Origin: Candidatus Babelota bacterium
GTDB taxonomy: Bacteria; Babelota; Babeliae; Babelales; Vermiphilaceae
Direction: 5' to 3'
Assembly (NCBI GenBank): GCA_026388985.1
Contig: JAPLIS010000021.1
Span: forward strand, 15,266 to 79,265
DNA: 64,000 nucleotides
The notes under the pieces were generated by a model. That model saw only the letters and a program-made list of their open reading frames with translations. It had not been told where the DNA came from and ran no database searches. Positions 19,049 to 27,861 of the stretch are shown in pieces. The translations under genes and the position numbers were made by a program. Numbering within the stretch: the first letter of the stretch is position 1; the number at the start of each line of letters is the position of its first letter.

Positions 19049-19448
19049 AGCCGGATTTTTAACATTTGAAGCACTCATGGCCATGTCCATTGTGGGCTTT
19101 ATGATTACTCCTCTTATTGTTATGGAAATATCAGCACTCACTCAAGTGGCAAAGAAATCACGCGCATTAGAGCGGCTTTTTTTGATGAAACGGTTTTTAC
19201 TCATAGCTCGTCGCGAACAAAAAGATGAGCCTCAAAGCTTCACCTTTAATGGCACTGAATCTGATCCGGCAACAGATCTTGTGTATACCTTAAATCCGGT
19301 CCCACAGACATCTGCTCTCAGCTCAGTACATGGCTTATTGCACGAAAAGGTTGAAGCAATAGATACTACTAACAACAAAAAACAAACCAGCTCTATAATC
19401 AGTTTTATCTATCGACCTGAACCGGAAAAAGAGCAGGAAAACTCATGA
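19029..19448 (+). CDS. gspI: Minor pseudopilin, GspI-like
   Basis: MMNLKNKAG/FLTFEALMAMSIVGF (Glu+5). Small size (about 139 aa). Third pseudopilin position; overlaps gspH. Confidence 0.5.
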   Translation: MMNLKNKAGFLTFEALMAMSIVGFMITPLIVMEISALTQVAKKSRALERLFLMKRFLLIARREQKDEPQSFTFNGTESDPATDLVYTLNPVPQTSALSSVHGLLHEKVEAIDTTNNKKQTSSIISFIYRPEPEKEQENS

Positions 19449-20521
19449 AAAATAATGCCGGCTTTTTACTGATAGAACTCGTTATAGGAATGGCGATTGC
19501 TTCTGTGGTAGGCCTGGTATTGACCAATACATTGGTCCAAACAAATAAGTATCGTGCCAAAATAGATGACACCGTATACATACATAGCCAAGCAGCTGTT
19601 GCACAACACCAGTTAGAACAAGATATAAACACTGCCTTTGCTCCTGACATGCAATTAATAGCCCCTGAAGATGAGAGCACCCCTGCAGATAAAAATGCTA
19701 CTCCTGACCAAAAAGCTACTCCCCCCGCACAAAAAACAGCTGCATCGCCAGCAAAAAAAAAAGACGAACCACTTATAAAAAAAATCTTCTATGGCACTCA
19801 GAACAGTGACAACAACCTGGACACACTGACATTGATTACCACAAGCCCTTTAAAAATTTATTGGGGCTCAAAAGTGGGCAAAGCAAAAGCACGTGTGGCA
19901 CGAGTCATATACCGATTAATTAAAGATAATGATCGTCCTGATAGCTATACGTTATATCGCCAAGAAGGGCAGGATCTTAATTTTGATACGTATAGCTCTG
20001 ATAAAACCGATAATGCACGTAATTATGCACTGGTTAAAAACATAAAAAAATTAGTTATGACCTATGAAGTTGGTATAGAAAAAGAACCTGAAAAAAATCA
20101 ATCCAATAACACTGACACTCAAGCAACACAAAAACCAAAAAAACCAGAAATAGACTATAAAGATTTTACCGAATGGATACAAGAAGCCAAAGAGACTAAA
20201 AACGAAGACGATAGTGTCTCCGCCATGCCACGACTCCCCCATACCGTGACCGTACAAATGACTTTATGGAACCGCGAACACTCAAAAGAAACTACCTTTA
20301 TTTTTGCTTATCCTATCGCGTGGCGTGATACACCAAAAAAACAACCAGCAAAAAAACAGGCTACCCCGCCTAACACCAGTACAGCCAGCACCAGTACCAG
20401 TATGCCGCAGGGCAACTTCCCGTTACCTAGAACACAAGAAACAAAATCGAGCCTTACATGGGCAGATACCAAAAAAACTCCTACCACCATAACACCAGTA
20501 ACAAAGCATGTGCGGGTATAA
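19445..20521 (+). CDS. gspJ: Minor pseudopilin, GspJ-like, with Pro/Lys/Thr-rich low-complexity insertions
   Basis: MKNNAG/FLLIELVIGMAIASVVGL (Glu+5). ATGA overlap with the preceding gene. Low-complexity stretches PADKNATPDQKATPPAQKTAASPAKKK and KKQPAKKQATPPNTSTASTSTS. Confidence 0.5.
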   Translation: MKNNAGFLLIELVIGMAIASVVGLVLTNTLVQTNKYRAKIDDTVYIHSQAAVAQHQLEQDINTAFAPDMQLIAPEDESTPADKNATPDQKATPPAQKTAASPAKKKDEPLIKKIFYGTQNSDNNLDTLTLITTSPLKIYWGSKVGKAKARVARVIYRLIKDNDRPDSYTLYRQEGQDLNFDTYSSDKTDNARNYALVKNIKKLVMTYEVGIEKEPEKNQSNNTDTQATQKPKKPEIDYKDFTEWIQEAKETKNEDDSVSAMPRLPHTVTVQMTLWNREHSKETTFIFAYPIAWRDTPKKQPAKKQATPPNTSTASTSTSMPQGNFPLPRTQETKSSLTWADTKKTPTTITPVTKHVRV

Positions 20522-20524
20522 ACT

Positions 20525-21631
20525 ATGAAAACAACACAACAATCACCCCCGGGCTATATTCTTATTTATTCGCTACTCATGATTGCCACACTCACAGCTA
20601 TTGCCACCTATATTGTTACCCGCGGATCAATCTATGTCCCCTTTGCGCGTACAATGGAAGATAGAGAAAAAGCACTCCTTATTGCTCGTAGCGGTATTGA
20701 AGTTGCTATGGCGCAACTTGCCTATGTGCATAAAGAACCGGAAACAAAAAGCGCTAATCCTCAAACAGACTCACAACAATCAGAGACCAACACCCGGCAG
20801 AAAAATCAAGATGACAAACTTTTTTTAGAAGATTTTTTACCAACAATTAATAGATGGCAACAGTACACACTGACAGAAGAAACTGATGGTATAGATGCGC
20901 AGATGAGCATTTGCTTAATGTGCGAAGAAGGTAAAATAAACATTAACAACATATATGATTACAAAAATAAAAAATTTTACGGGCAAGGCCAACCTCAAGG
21001 CGATTGGGCTGCCATATTAGAAGAATTGTGTAAACAGATTGAACGCGCTCAGGGAGGCAGCGGTCTCTTTAAAGCGCTTGAATCATTTTTGAAAAACCGC
21101 TCGTACAAAGTGCTCCATGTTACTGAATTGTTACTTATACCCGAATTTAACATATTTAGAGGACATCAATTTTATGAACCACCAACAAGCCCTGCCTCTA
21201 AAGAAGAAAAAAAATTCATCTATTTAACAGATATTTTTACCGTCGAATCTGGCAAAAAAACTATAAATCCATGGTTTTTTTCAGCTGCTCTCCTGGAGCT
21301 ACTTTCATTACCACCAGTACAGTACGCAGACAAAGAGGAACGGACTGAAAATATTAAAACATGGCTCAAGGATTTTCGACCTGTAAAGTCATGGAAAACT
21401 GACTGGACACTACTTTTACAGCCCATGTATCAAAAAGATTTGTTGAGTTTACCCAAAAATATTGAATCAATATTTGACACATCAGCTAATCCTCGGATAT
21501 TTTCTGTAATATCAGTGGGTCAGGCAGGCACAGTTACCAAGCAACTTTTTGCCATACTTGAACGAACAAAACATGCATACAAGAATAAAATCCGGTATAA
21601 TGTAAGACTTAAAAAATTATATTGGTTGTAA
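20525..21631 (+). CDS. gspK: Minor pseudopilin, GspK-like
   Basis: Leader ...SPPG/YILIYSLLMIATLTAIATYIV lacks Glu+5, as is typical of GspK. Size 368 aa and last position in the G-H-I-J-K series. Confidence 0.5.
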   Translation: MKTTQQSPPGYILIYSLLMIATLTAIATYIVTRGSIYVPFARTMEDREKALLIARSGIEVAMAQLAYVHKEPETKSANPQTDSQQSETNTRQKNQDDKLFLEDFLPTINRWQQYTLTEETDGIDAQMSICLMCEEGKININNIYDYKNKKFYGQGQPQGDWAAILEELCKQIERAQGGSGLFKALESFLKNRSYKVLHVTELLLIPEFNIFRGHQFYEPPTSPASKEEKKFIYLTDIFTVESGKKTINPWFFSAALLELLSLPPVQYADKEERTENIKTWLKDFRPVKSWKTDWTLLLQPMYQKDLLSLPKNIESIFDTSANPRIFSVISVGQAGTVTKQLFAILERTKHAYKNKIRYNVRLKKLYWL

Positions 21632-21643
21632 AGAGGAACTATT

Positions 21644-23269
21644 TTGCGAATTAATGTAGAGACAAGCGTTGGCCTCATTGTATTACTCTCTATCGGCTTA
21701 TTTGTATATATGGGATTACATGTTGGAGCATTTCGCTTTGATCGTGGCAATTATAACAAATATACGATGATTTTTGCTGATATATCAGGCCTTTCTCGTA
21801 AAGCTGATGTCAAAATTGCTGGGGTCAAAGTTGGTTGGGTTGAAGACATTCGTCTTCTTGCTAATAAAAACTTAGAAGTTGAAGCTGATGTTATGATCTT
21901 AAAAGAGTGTCATTTATACGCTGATGCCTATGCAATAGCCCGCCAAGAAGGATTACTCGGATCAAAATATGTTGAACTTATTCCTGGTGACCCTTTGCTA
22001 CAGCAGTTACAAGCCGGCAGCTTAATACGTAAACCAAGCATTAAGCCTGTTGCTATTGATGAGTTATTACAACAATTTCAAACTATAGCTTCTAATGTTG
22101 CAGAGGTGACTGAATCATTCAAGCAGGCGGTTGGCGGTGCACAAGGAGCCCATCTTGTCAAAGAATCATTTGACAACTTACATGTTACTATGAAAAACAT
22201 GGCTTCATTTTCTGAATCGCTCGAACGCTCAATGGTACGCAATGAAGGCAATATTGACACCCTACTGCGCGTTGGCACAGACATTCACCACGTGATTGAA
22301 AAATTAGATCACCACATTTTACCTACCATGCAAGACAGTATGACCACCATTACCTCCGCTATTGACCGTGACTTTAATCGTATTGCCTCAAAAATTGAAT
22401 CAACAGGTGAAGCCTTTGAAGATGCATCAGTGCAGGCACGCGATGGACTACGAAGCATCAGTTCAGTTGCTCAAAAAATAGATGAAGGTAAGGGATTATT
22501 AGGTAAATTAATCAATGAAGATGAAACCTATAAAGACTTACGTGTCGCCATTCAAGGATTTAAAAACTATTTAACCAAAATCGACCGCATGCAAATTGTG
22601 TTTGACTCTCACTTTGAGACCATGCATCGCCCTGCTGAAAACTATGAATTCGAAGATTCAAAAGGCTTTTTTAACATACGCATTCACCCAAATGAAGATC
22701 ATTTTTACGTAGTGCAGATTGCCACTTCACAAAAAGGATATAAAACGCAAGATGAACAGTTCTGGGTATATCGAGATCCCGTTACCCGTAACCCTATAAA
22801 CATAGATGATAGAAAAGAACTACCACAAGTGCGTGATACCATTTTAAATCAATTCAGCCAAGAAAATACCGTATTTACACGAAACAGCATGCGTCTTGGA
22901 CTCCAATTTGGTAAAATAATTAAAAATGCTGCATTTAGATTAGGGCTCTTTGAAGGTAGCGCTGGGCTTGCAGTGGATATTGACCTACCATTTAATAACA
23001 ACAATTTCCGTTGGGTTACCAGCCTTGAAGCTTTTGATTTAAATGGCTGGAACCGTATCGATGATCGCCGACCACATCTCAAATGGTATAACAGCATGTT
23101 TGTATTACGCAATGCCTATATAACATTTGGTGCTGATGATTTTGTAAGTAAGCGTAATGCAAGTGCCTTTATTGGTGGTGGTATTCGTTTTGGCGATGAT
23201 GATATTAAATATCTATTATCAAGCTTATCTGGTGCTGGTGGCGCTGGCTCAATGTTCCCTAGTCGATAA
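21644..23269 (+). CDS. MlaD/MCE-domain protein with long C-terminal extension
   Basis: TTG start preceded by AAGAGGA. N-terminal TM (VGLIVLLSIGLFVYMGL), then an MCE block (YTMIFADISGLSRKADVKIAGVKVGWVEDIRL...GSKYVELIPG). About 400 further residues follow, ending in Gly/aromatic-rich beta-like segments. Confidence 0.7.
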   Translation: MRINVETSVGLIVLLSIGLFVYMGLHVGAFRFDRGNYNKYTMIFADISGLSRKADVKIAGVKVGWVEDIRLLANKNLEVEADVMILKECHLYADAYAIARQEGLLGSKYVELIPGDPLLQQLQAGSLIRKPSIKPVAIDELLQQFQTIASNVAEVTESFKQAVGGAQGAHLVKESFDNLHVTMKNMASFSESLERSMVRNEGNIDTLLRVGTDIHHVIEKLDHHILPTMQDSMTTITSAIDRDFNRIASKIESTGEAFEDASVQARDGLRSISSVAQKIDEGKGLLGKLINEDETYKDLRVAIQGFKNYLTKIDRMQIVFDSHFETMHRPAENYEFEDSKGFFNIRIHPNEDHFYVVQIATSQKGYKTQDEQFWVYRDPVTRNPINIDDRKELPQVRDTILNQFSQENTVFTRNSMRLGLQFGKIIKNAAFRLGLFEGSAGLAVDIDLPFNNNNFRWVTSLEAFDLNGWNRIDDRRPHLKWYNSMFVLRNAYITFGADDFVSKRNASAFIGGGIRFGDDDIKYLLSSLSGAGGAGSMFPSR

Positions 23270-24055
23270 ACGTTTTGGCATAAATGCCATACGCTTATTG
23301 CAGATACGCATGCACCACTTTTTACACTCGGTTAAAAGAGATAGCTTGTCGACACACAGCTTCTTTAACCATTGGGTGTATTTTACAAAAAAAGCTGGCT
23401 CTTTTTTTATACGGGTATTTGAATGCCCTTGTGCCACAGACTTCATGTTGCCTGTTTTGTTTTGTATATTTTTTAATTTCTTTTCTTGTGCTACCAATCG
23501 TCGATATAACCCTACATAGCCAGCCACACACAAACTAAAAAAAAATTTGTATTTATGAGAAGATAAAAAATGTTCTACTGATGGATCTGCCGTTAATAGA
23601 TGTATAGCCTGTATCTGCTGTTGCTGATTTACTTGTTGCTGTTCAGTTGCCTGTTGCTGCTCAGTTATCATGGCTAATCTTTGTTTAATTGCTTGCAACT
23701 GCTCATTGGCCATATCTTGTTTTTGCTCAGTGGTTTGCTGCAAATCTCCTATCAAGCGCTTTAACTCAAGACTATGCTCACTGATCTGCTGCTGTTCATT
23801 AATTAAGCGCTGCAGAGCAATTTGGTCAGATTTTTGGTCAGATTTTTGGTCAGATTTTTGTCTCTGCGTTGCGTGATTAGCATTATCATTATTATTATCA
23901 GCAGATGCATGTGACGCAATATTAAAAACAAACGTCATGGGCTGCCCAGCACCATACGGCTGCCCCATTAACTTTGGCTCAAGCTCGTGCATGCTATGCA
24001 TACTATAAAAAAACAATAAACAACCCATAAAAATAAAAGTGTTTTTTTGTGCCAT
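23249..24055 (-). CDS. Gln-rich coiled-coil membrane protein (paralog family with 25979-26575)
   Basis: Probable start at 24055, MAQKNTFIFMGCLLFFYSMHS (signal). It contains MTFVFNIASHASADNNNDNANHATQRQ, a KSDQ x3 repeat, Q-rich heptad-like IALQRLINEQQQISE...QQQATEQQQVNQQQQIQ, then a TM segment (FFFSLCVAGYVGLY). The ORF track starts at 24223. The 3' end overlaps the MlaD gene by 21 nt. Confidence 0.5.
   Translation of the reverse strand: MAQKNTFIFMGCLLFFYSMHSMHELEPKLMGQPYGAGQPMTFVFNIASHASADNNNDNANHATQRQKSDQKSDQKSDQIALQRLINEQQQISEHSLELKRLIGDLQQTTEQKQDMANEQLQAIKQRLAMITEQQQATEQQQVNQQQQIQAIHLLTADPSVEHFLSSHKYKFFFSLCVAGYVGLYRRLVAQEKKLKNIQNKTGNMKSVAQGHSNTRIKKEPAFFVKYTQWLKKLCVDKLSLLTECKKWCMRICNKRMAFMPKRLSTREH
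23822..23857. repeat. In-frame 12-nt microsatellite x3 (encodes KSDQ KSDQ KSDQ on the minus strand)
   Basis: ttggtcagattt repeated three times, read directly. Confidence 0.8.
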
Positions 24056-24280
24056 AAGAGAGAGCCCCTTGCTGTTTGTAAGTAGTAATCTTTCGCTGTA
24101 CCAGCATGCAACATGCATCTGACTAACATTTTCTAGCATATTTTTAATTAATTGTGAAAAAGACTTAACTAAATAATTATTTTTTACACTTTTTAAAAAA
24201 ATTAAAACTTTGTTCCAAGTCACTTCATTGATATACTTTGACCTTATAAACGTTTACATCAATGTTAGAGAAAAAATAAA

Positions 24281-25879
24281 ATGATTGTTTTAAATATCAT
24301 CCTTACTATTCTGTTTTCTCTTTTCTCTACTGCAATATTAAGTTATATCTCAATGGCCGTTATGATCGGACCCTGGATACATTCTATTATAGTGATTGCA
24401 AGCTCACTTATTTTTTCCTGTATGCGATCAAAAATATCATCAGAAAGCCGCATTAAATCTATTTCTTTGATAACTGCAGGGTCCTCAATCGGCGGAATTC
24501 TTGCTACAGGATGTGGCTTTGCTTTCCCAACGCTTTATTTTCTTAATAAAGATATGTTTAATGAATGGTTACATAATCCCCCATACTTTATAGCAATTAT
24601 GGCACTTGTTTCATTTAGTGCTGGAGCTTTAGGGTTATTAATTGCTGATACTTTTGAACATAAACTTATTGCTGTTGATAAACTGCCATTTCCAATAGGT
24701 GAACTCAGTTACAATTTAATAGCGCTTAAAAACAATGCGTCTCAAACCTATCAACTTATTGCAGGCTCAGTTTTAAGTGCTGGCTATAGCATCATAATGA
24801 GTATGTACTCTGTATCGCAAAAAGTACTCTTTTCTTCATCGTTCGCTATAAAAGGGTTAAACATACCTGCTATAGGAATGCCAACGTATGAATTTCCATT
24901 GCTTATATCAATTGGATTTATCGCTGGAAGTCTTATTATGATTCCTTTAGCTATTGGACTGATTTCAAAAATAGTAATAATAAATCCTGCTCATTCTCAT
25001 TTTTTTAAGTATCTCAACTACAATGATTTCTCTTTTGCTTTTATAAGTGGCATGGTTTTTTATGGAGCGCTTATCAGCCTTTTAGGTATTCCCACATTTA
25101 TTAACAGCATCATTAAAAAAATAAAAGCTTTATATAATTCAGGACATACATCCTTTAAGCCATCAGGCAACGTTTCTTATATTCAATGGGCGCTGGTTTT
25201 ACTTATCACCTTTTTATTCCTTACTTGGTTTAAATTCAGCATTCTTTTGCAACTATATCTTGTTGTTTTTACCATACTATGCGCATATCAACTGTTAGTT
25301 ATTGGTGGAGAAATGGGAATGGCTCCTGTTGCCAGATTTGCAACATTTGTCATGATGCCCGCACTTTTTATTTTTAATCCTAATTATGAACAATTAACCC
25401 TTATTTCTACTTTTGTAGAAGTATGTGGTGGGGTTGCTGTTGATATATTATTTGGAAGAAAACTAGCTCAATTGAGTGGATTAGAATCAAAAAAAGTTAA
25501 AAACTTTCAATGGCTTGGACTTATAGTAAGTGCATTATCTGTAGGCATTATTTTTTGGATTTTAATTACCAAATTTGGACTTGGGTCAACTAGTCTTATA
25601 GCTCAAAGAGGTCAATCGAGAGCTTTAACTATTCAGTTTCAAAACTTTGATTTTTACGCTATGACCTTAGGTGCGCTGTATGGTTCCCTCTTGAAAGAGT
25701 TTAAAACGAATCCCATCATGGTGCTTGGTGGTATTCTCATGCCCATGGAATGGGTACTTGTTCTTATTGTCGGTGGAGCACTAGCAGCTATCATTAAAGA
25801 TGCAAAAGAATACCAAATATTTTGGTCAGGAGTATTTGCAACTAATTCTGTCATAATGATTATAAAAGCTTTAATTTAA
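24281..25879 (+). CDS. OPT-family oligopeptide transporter-like polytopic membrane protein
   Basis: 532 aa with at least 12 hydrophobic segments. LPFPIGELSYNLI resembles the OPT LPFPSGTAxAxxL block. Assignment by pattern memory only. Confidence 0.5.
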   Translation: MIVLNIILTILFSLFSTAILSYISMAVMIGPWIHSIIVIASSLIFSCMRSKISSESRIKSISLITAGSSIGGILATGCGFAFPTLYFLNKDMFNEWLHNPPYFIAIMALVSFSAGALGLLIADTFEHKLIAVDKLPFPIGELSYNLIALKNNASQTYQLIAGSVLSAGYSIIMSMYSVSQKVLFSSSFAIKGLNIPAIGMPTYEFPLLISIGFIAGSLIMIPLAIGLISKIVIINPAHSHFFKYLNYNDFSFAFISGMVFYGALISLLGIPTFINSIIKKIKALYNSGHTSFKPSGNVSYIQWALVLLITFLFLTWFKFSILLQLYLVVFTILCAYQLLVIGGEMGMAPVARFATFVMMPALFIFNPNYEQLTLISTFVEVCGGVAVDILFGRKLAQLSGLESKKVKNFQWLGLIVSALSVGIIFWILITKFGLGSTSLIAQRGQSRALTIQFQNFDFYAMTLGALYGSLLKEFKTNPIMVLGGILMPMEWVLVLIVGGALAAIIKDAKEYQIFWSGVFATNSVIMIIKALI

Positions 25880-25978
25880 AAAGTGGCTTTACTAAAAAAA
25901 GTGGCTTTATATAGACAGGCTCTAATGTATAAAAAAAGTATATTTTCTATTCTCTCAGTTAGCACTGTACCATACCAC

Positions 25979-26575
25979 CTAAGTCCGCCTGTTCAGCCGA
26001 CGCCGCGCCTGATATGCTTTCGCCACCAAAGCTGCTGGTACCGGATTTCCACCGGCAACAATGACGCAGGCCACTCCTGCTACAAAAAATAAAGCGGGTA
26101 CTGCAATAGTTCCCCATGAACTTGAAGGCTCTACATAAGGCTCATGCACCACTGCCTCCTGCCATTGCCGTGCAGCCAACTGTTGTTCAGCTTCCACTCG
26201 TTGCCGTGCAGCCAATTGCTGCTCAGCGATTACCCGCTGCAATACAGCCAATTGCTGCTCATTTTGCTGTTCCTGACGCTGCCGCGCCTCCTGTTGTTGC
26301 CGTGCCAGTAACTGTTGTTCAGCTACCGCCCGTTGCAATGCAGCTTGTTGCTGTTCACTTGTCTGCCGCAACTCATTAATTAAACGTTGCGATGCTGCCA
26401 ACTGCTGTTCATTATCTTGCTGCTGAGAGGTTGTTGCGTGATTTGTATTAATGGCACTCGCGGTTGGACAAACATTAAAAGAAATAGTGAATGGCAATTT
26501 TGTTATTTCCATGCCACATAACGGCATAGGCACTAAAAGCATACAAACAAAAAGAGTAGAACTATTTTTTTTCAT
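25979..26575 (-). CDS. Gln-rich coiled-coil membrane protein (paralog of 23249-24055)
   Basis: Start MKKNSSTLFVCMLLVPMPLCG at 26575, preceded by AAAGGAA. It contains PFTISFNVCPTASAINTNHATTSQQQ, then LAASQRLINELRQTSEQQQAALQRAVAEQQLLARQQQEARQRQ..., then a TM segment (IAVPALFFVAGVACVIVAGG). Confidence 0.5.
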   Translation of the reverse strand: MKKNSSTLFVCMLLVPMPLCGMEITKLPFTISFNVCPTASAINTNHATTSQQQDNEQQLAASQRLINELRQTSEQQQAALQRAVAEQQLLARQQQEARQRQEQQNEQQLAVLQRVIAEQQLAARQRVEAEQQLAARQWQEAVVHEPYVEPSSSWGTIAVPALFFVAGVACVIVAGGNPVPAALVAKAYQARRRLNRRT

Positions 26576-26650
26576 AACGATTCCTTTAGGTAACAAGTCG
26601 TTATCAAATCTATATACCTACTCTTTTTAACATATTTCCCATGAACTATG

Positions 26651-27709
26651 CTATAAAAAAATAATCACAACTGTAATGTTGTCCTTAGAGCCTCTTTCTA
26701 ACGCTGTATTTTTAAAAATAGTCGCCATGTCATTTTTTGTAGATTTACTAGCTATGCTTGCGGCCTCATCACTGTTGATAACATCCCACAATCCATCAGT
26801 AGCTAAGATTAATATATCTGCTTTGCAGACATCCCAAGAAAATATATCTGGAACAGCTGAAACAATTTCTTGACCAATATGCTTACAGCCTCCAATACTT
26901 GGATGCATTTTTACCTGATTCACATCTCCCAATGATCGAGACATAGCTAATCCTGCTATTCGCCACACTCCATAGTGAAAAATAGGATTAGAAAGATGAT
27001 ACTTTTTAACAGACCTCAATATACGGTGCTCTTCTGCAGAGTGAGGAGATGGGGTATGATCAACTGTTGCCCCCACTACTTTACCATTTCTTATAAGCAC
27101 TGCACGCGAATCGCCAACATTAGCAACAACAAGTTTACCATCGGTCAGCTTTGCCAGAAGCACTGTTGATCCGGCATCCCCATAAACCTCTAATTTACCA
27201 TTTTTTTTATAGCCAAAAACATTAGACTTGTCTTTATTTTTCCATAACTCTTCTTCTATATGAGCAAAAACAGCTTTTAACGCGACATCTTCTCGCCCCA
27301 GTAAAGAAAAATAATGATCAAATAAGGCTATAATGCGCGCATCACCTGCATCTAATGCTTTATCAACAATATACTGAGATACACTTTGCCCGCCATGACC
27401 ATCAAAAACACCACATAATCCTTTTTTTAAATCGACAATAAAACGATCTTCCATTCGCCCGCCATACCGAACATTAGGCTCAGTAGCAACACTATAAGCA
27501 GCGCTTGAAATAGTTACCGGTGCCTTTTTCAACTTAAATACTCTATTGAAAGTCGACCGCATAGCAGAAACTGCATCTGCCACACATTCTTTCATAATAG
27601 AAACACAATTTTTTACCCCAAAGTTCAGTTCTTCTTGTGAAGCAGTACTAACAACAGAAACATTGCCTAAAAATATGCTTAATATGATTAATTGTGCACA
27701 TTTTTTCAT
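26651..27709 (-). CDS. Secreted PP2C (PPM-family) Ser/Thr protein phosphatase, eukaryotic-type
   Basis: Signal peptide MKKCAQLIILSIFLGNVSVVSTAS. PPM motifs RMEDRF, GVFDGHGG, VANVGDSRAVL, LATDGLWDV, GSKDNITVVIIFL. Confidence 0.85.
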   Translation of the reverse strand: MKKCAQLIILSIFLGNVSVVSTASQEELNFGVKNCVSIMKECVADAVSAMRSTFNRVFKLKKAPVTISSAAYSVATEPNVRYGGRMEDRFIVDLKKGLCGVFDGHGGQSVSQYIVDKALDAGDARIIALFDHYFSLLGREDVALKAVFAHIEEELWKNKDKSNVFGYKKNGKLEVYGDAGSTVLLAKLTDGKLVVANVGDSRAVLIRNGKVVGATVDHTPSPHSAEEHRILRSVKKYHLSNPIFHYGVWRIAGLAMSRSLGDVNQVKMHPSIGGCKHIGQEIVSAVPDIFSWDVCKADILILATDGLWDVINSDEAASIASKSTKNDMATIFKNTALERGSKDNITVVIIFL

Positions 27710-27861
27710 GATATAACCTTATTTAATAAAACAACTTAGTTCATTATTCAATGTAACATACCGCTTCCTTATTGCAAAAGCCCTCCAACCCAAAGGCTAA
27801 TTTGACCGGTTGGGCCATTTATTTTACACTGCTCAATAAAGGTTACTTTAAAGGATTATCT

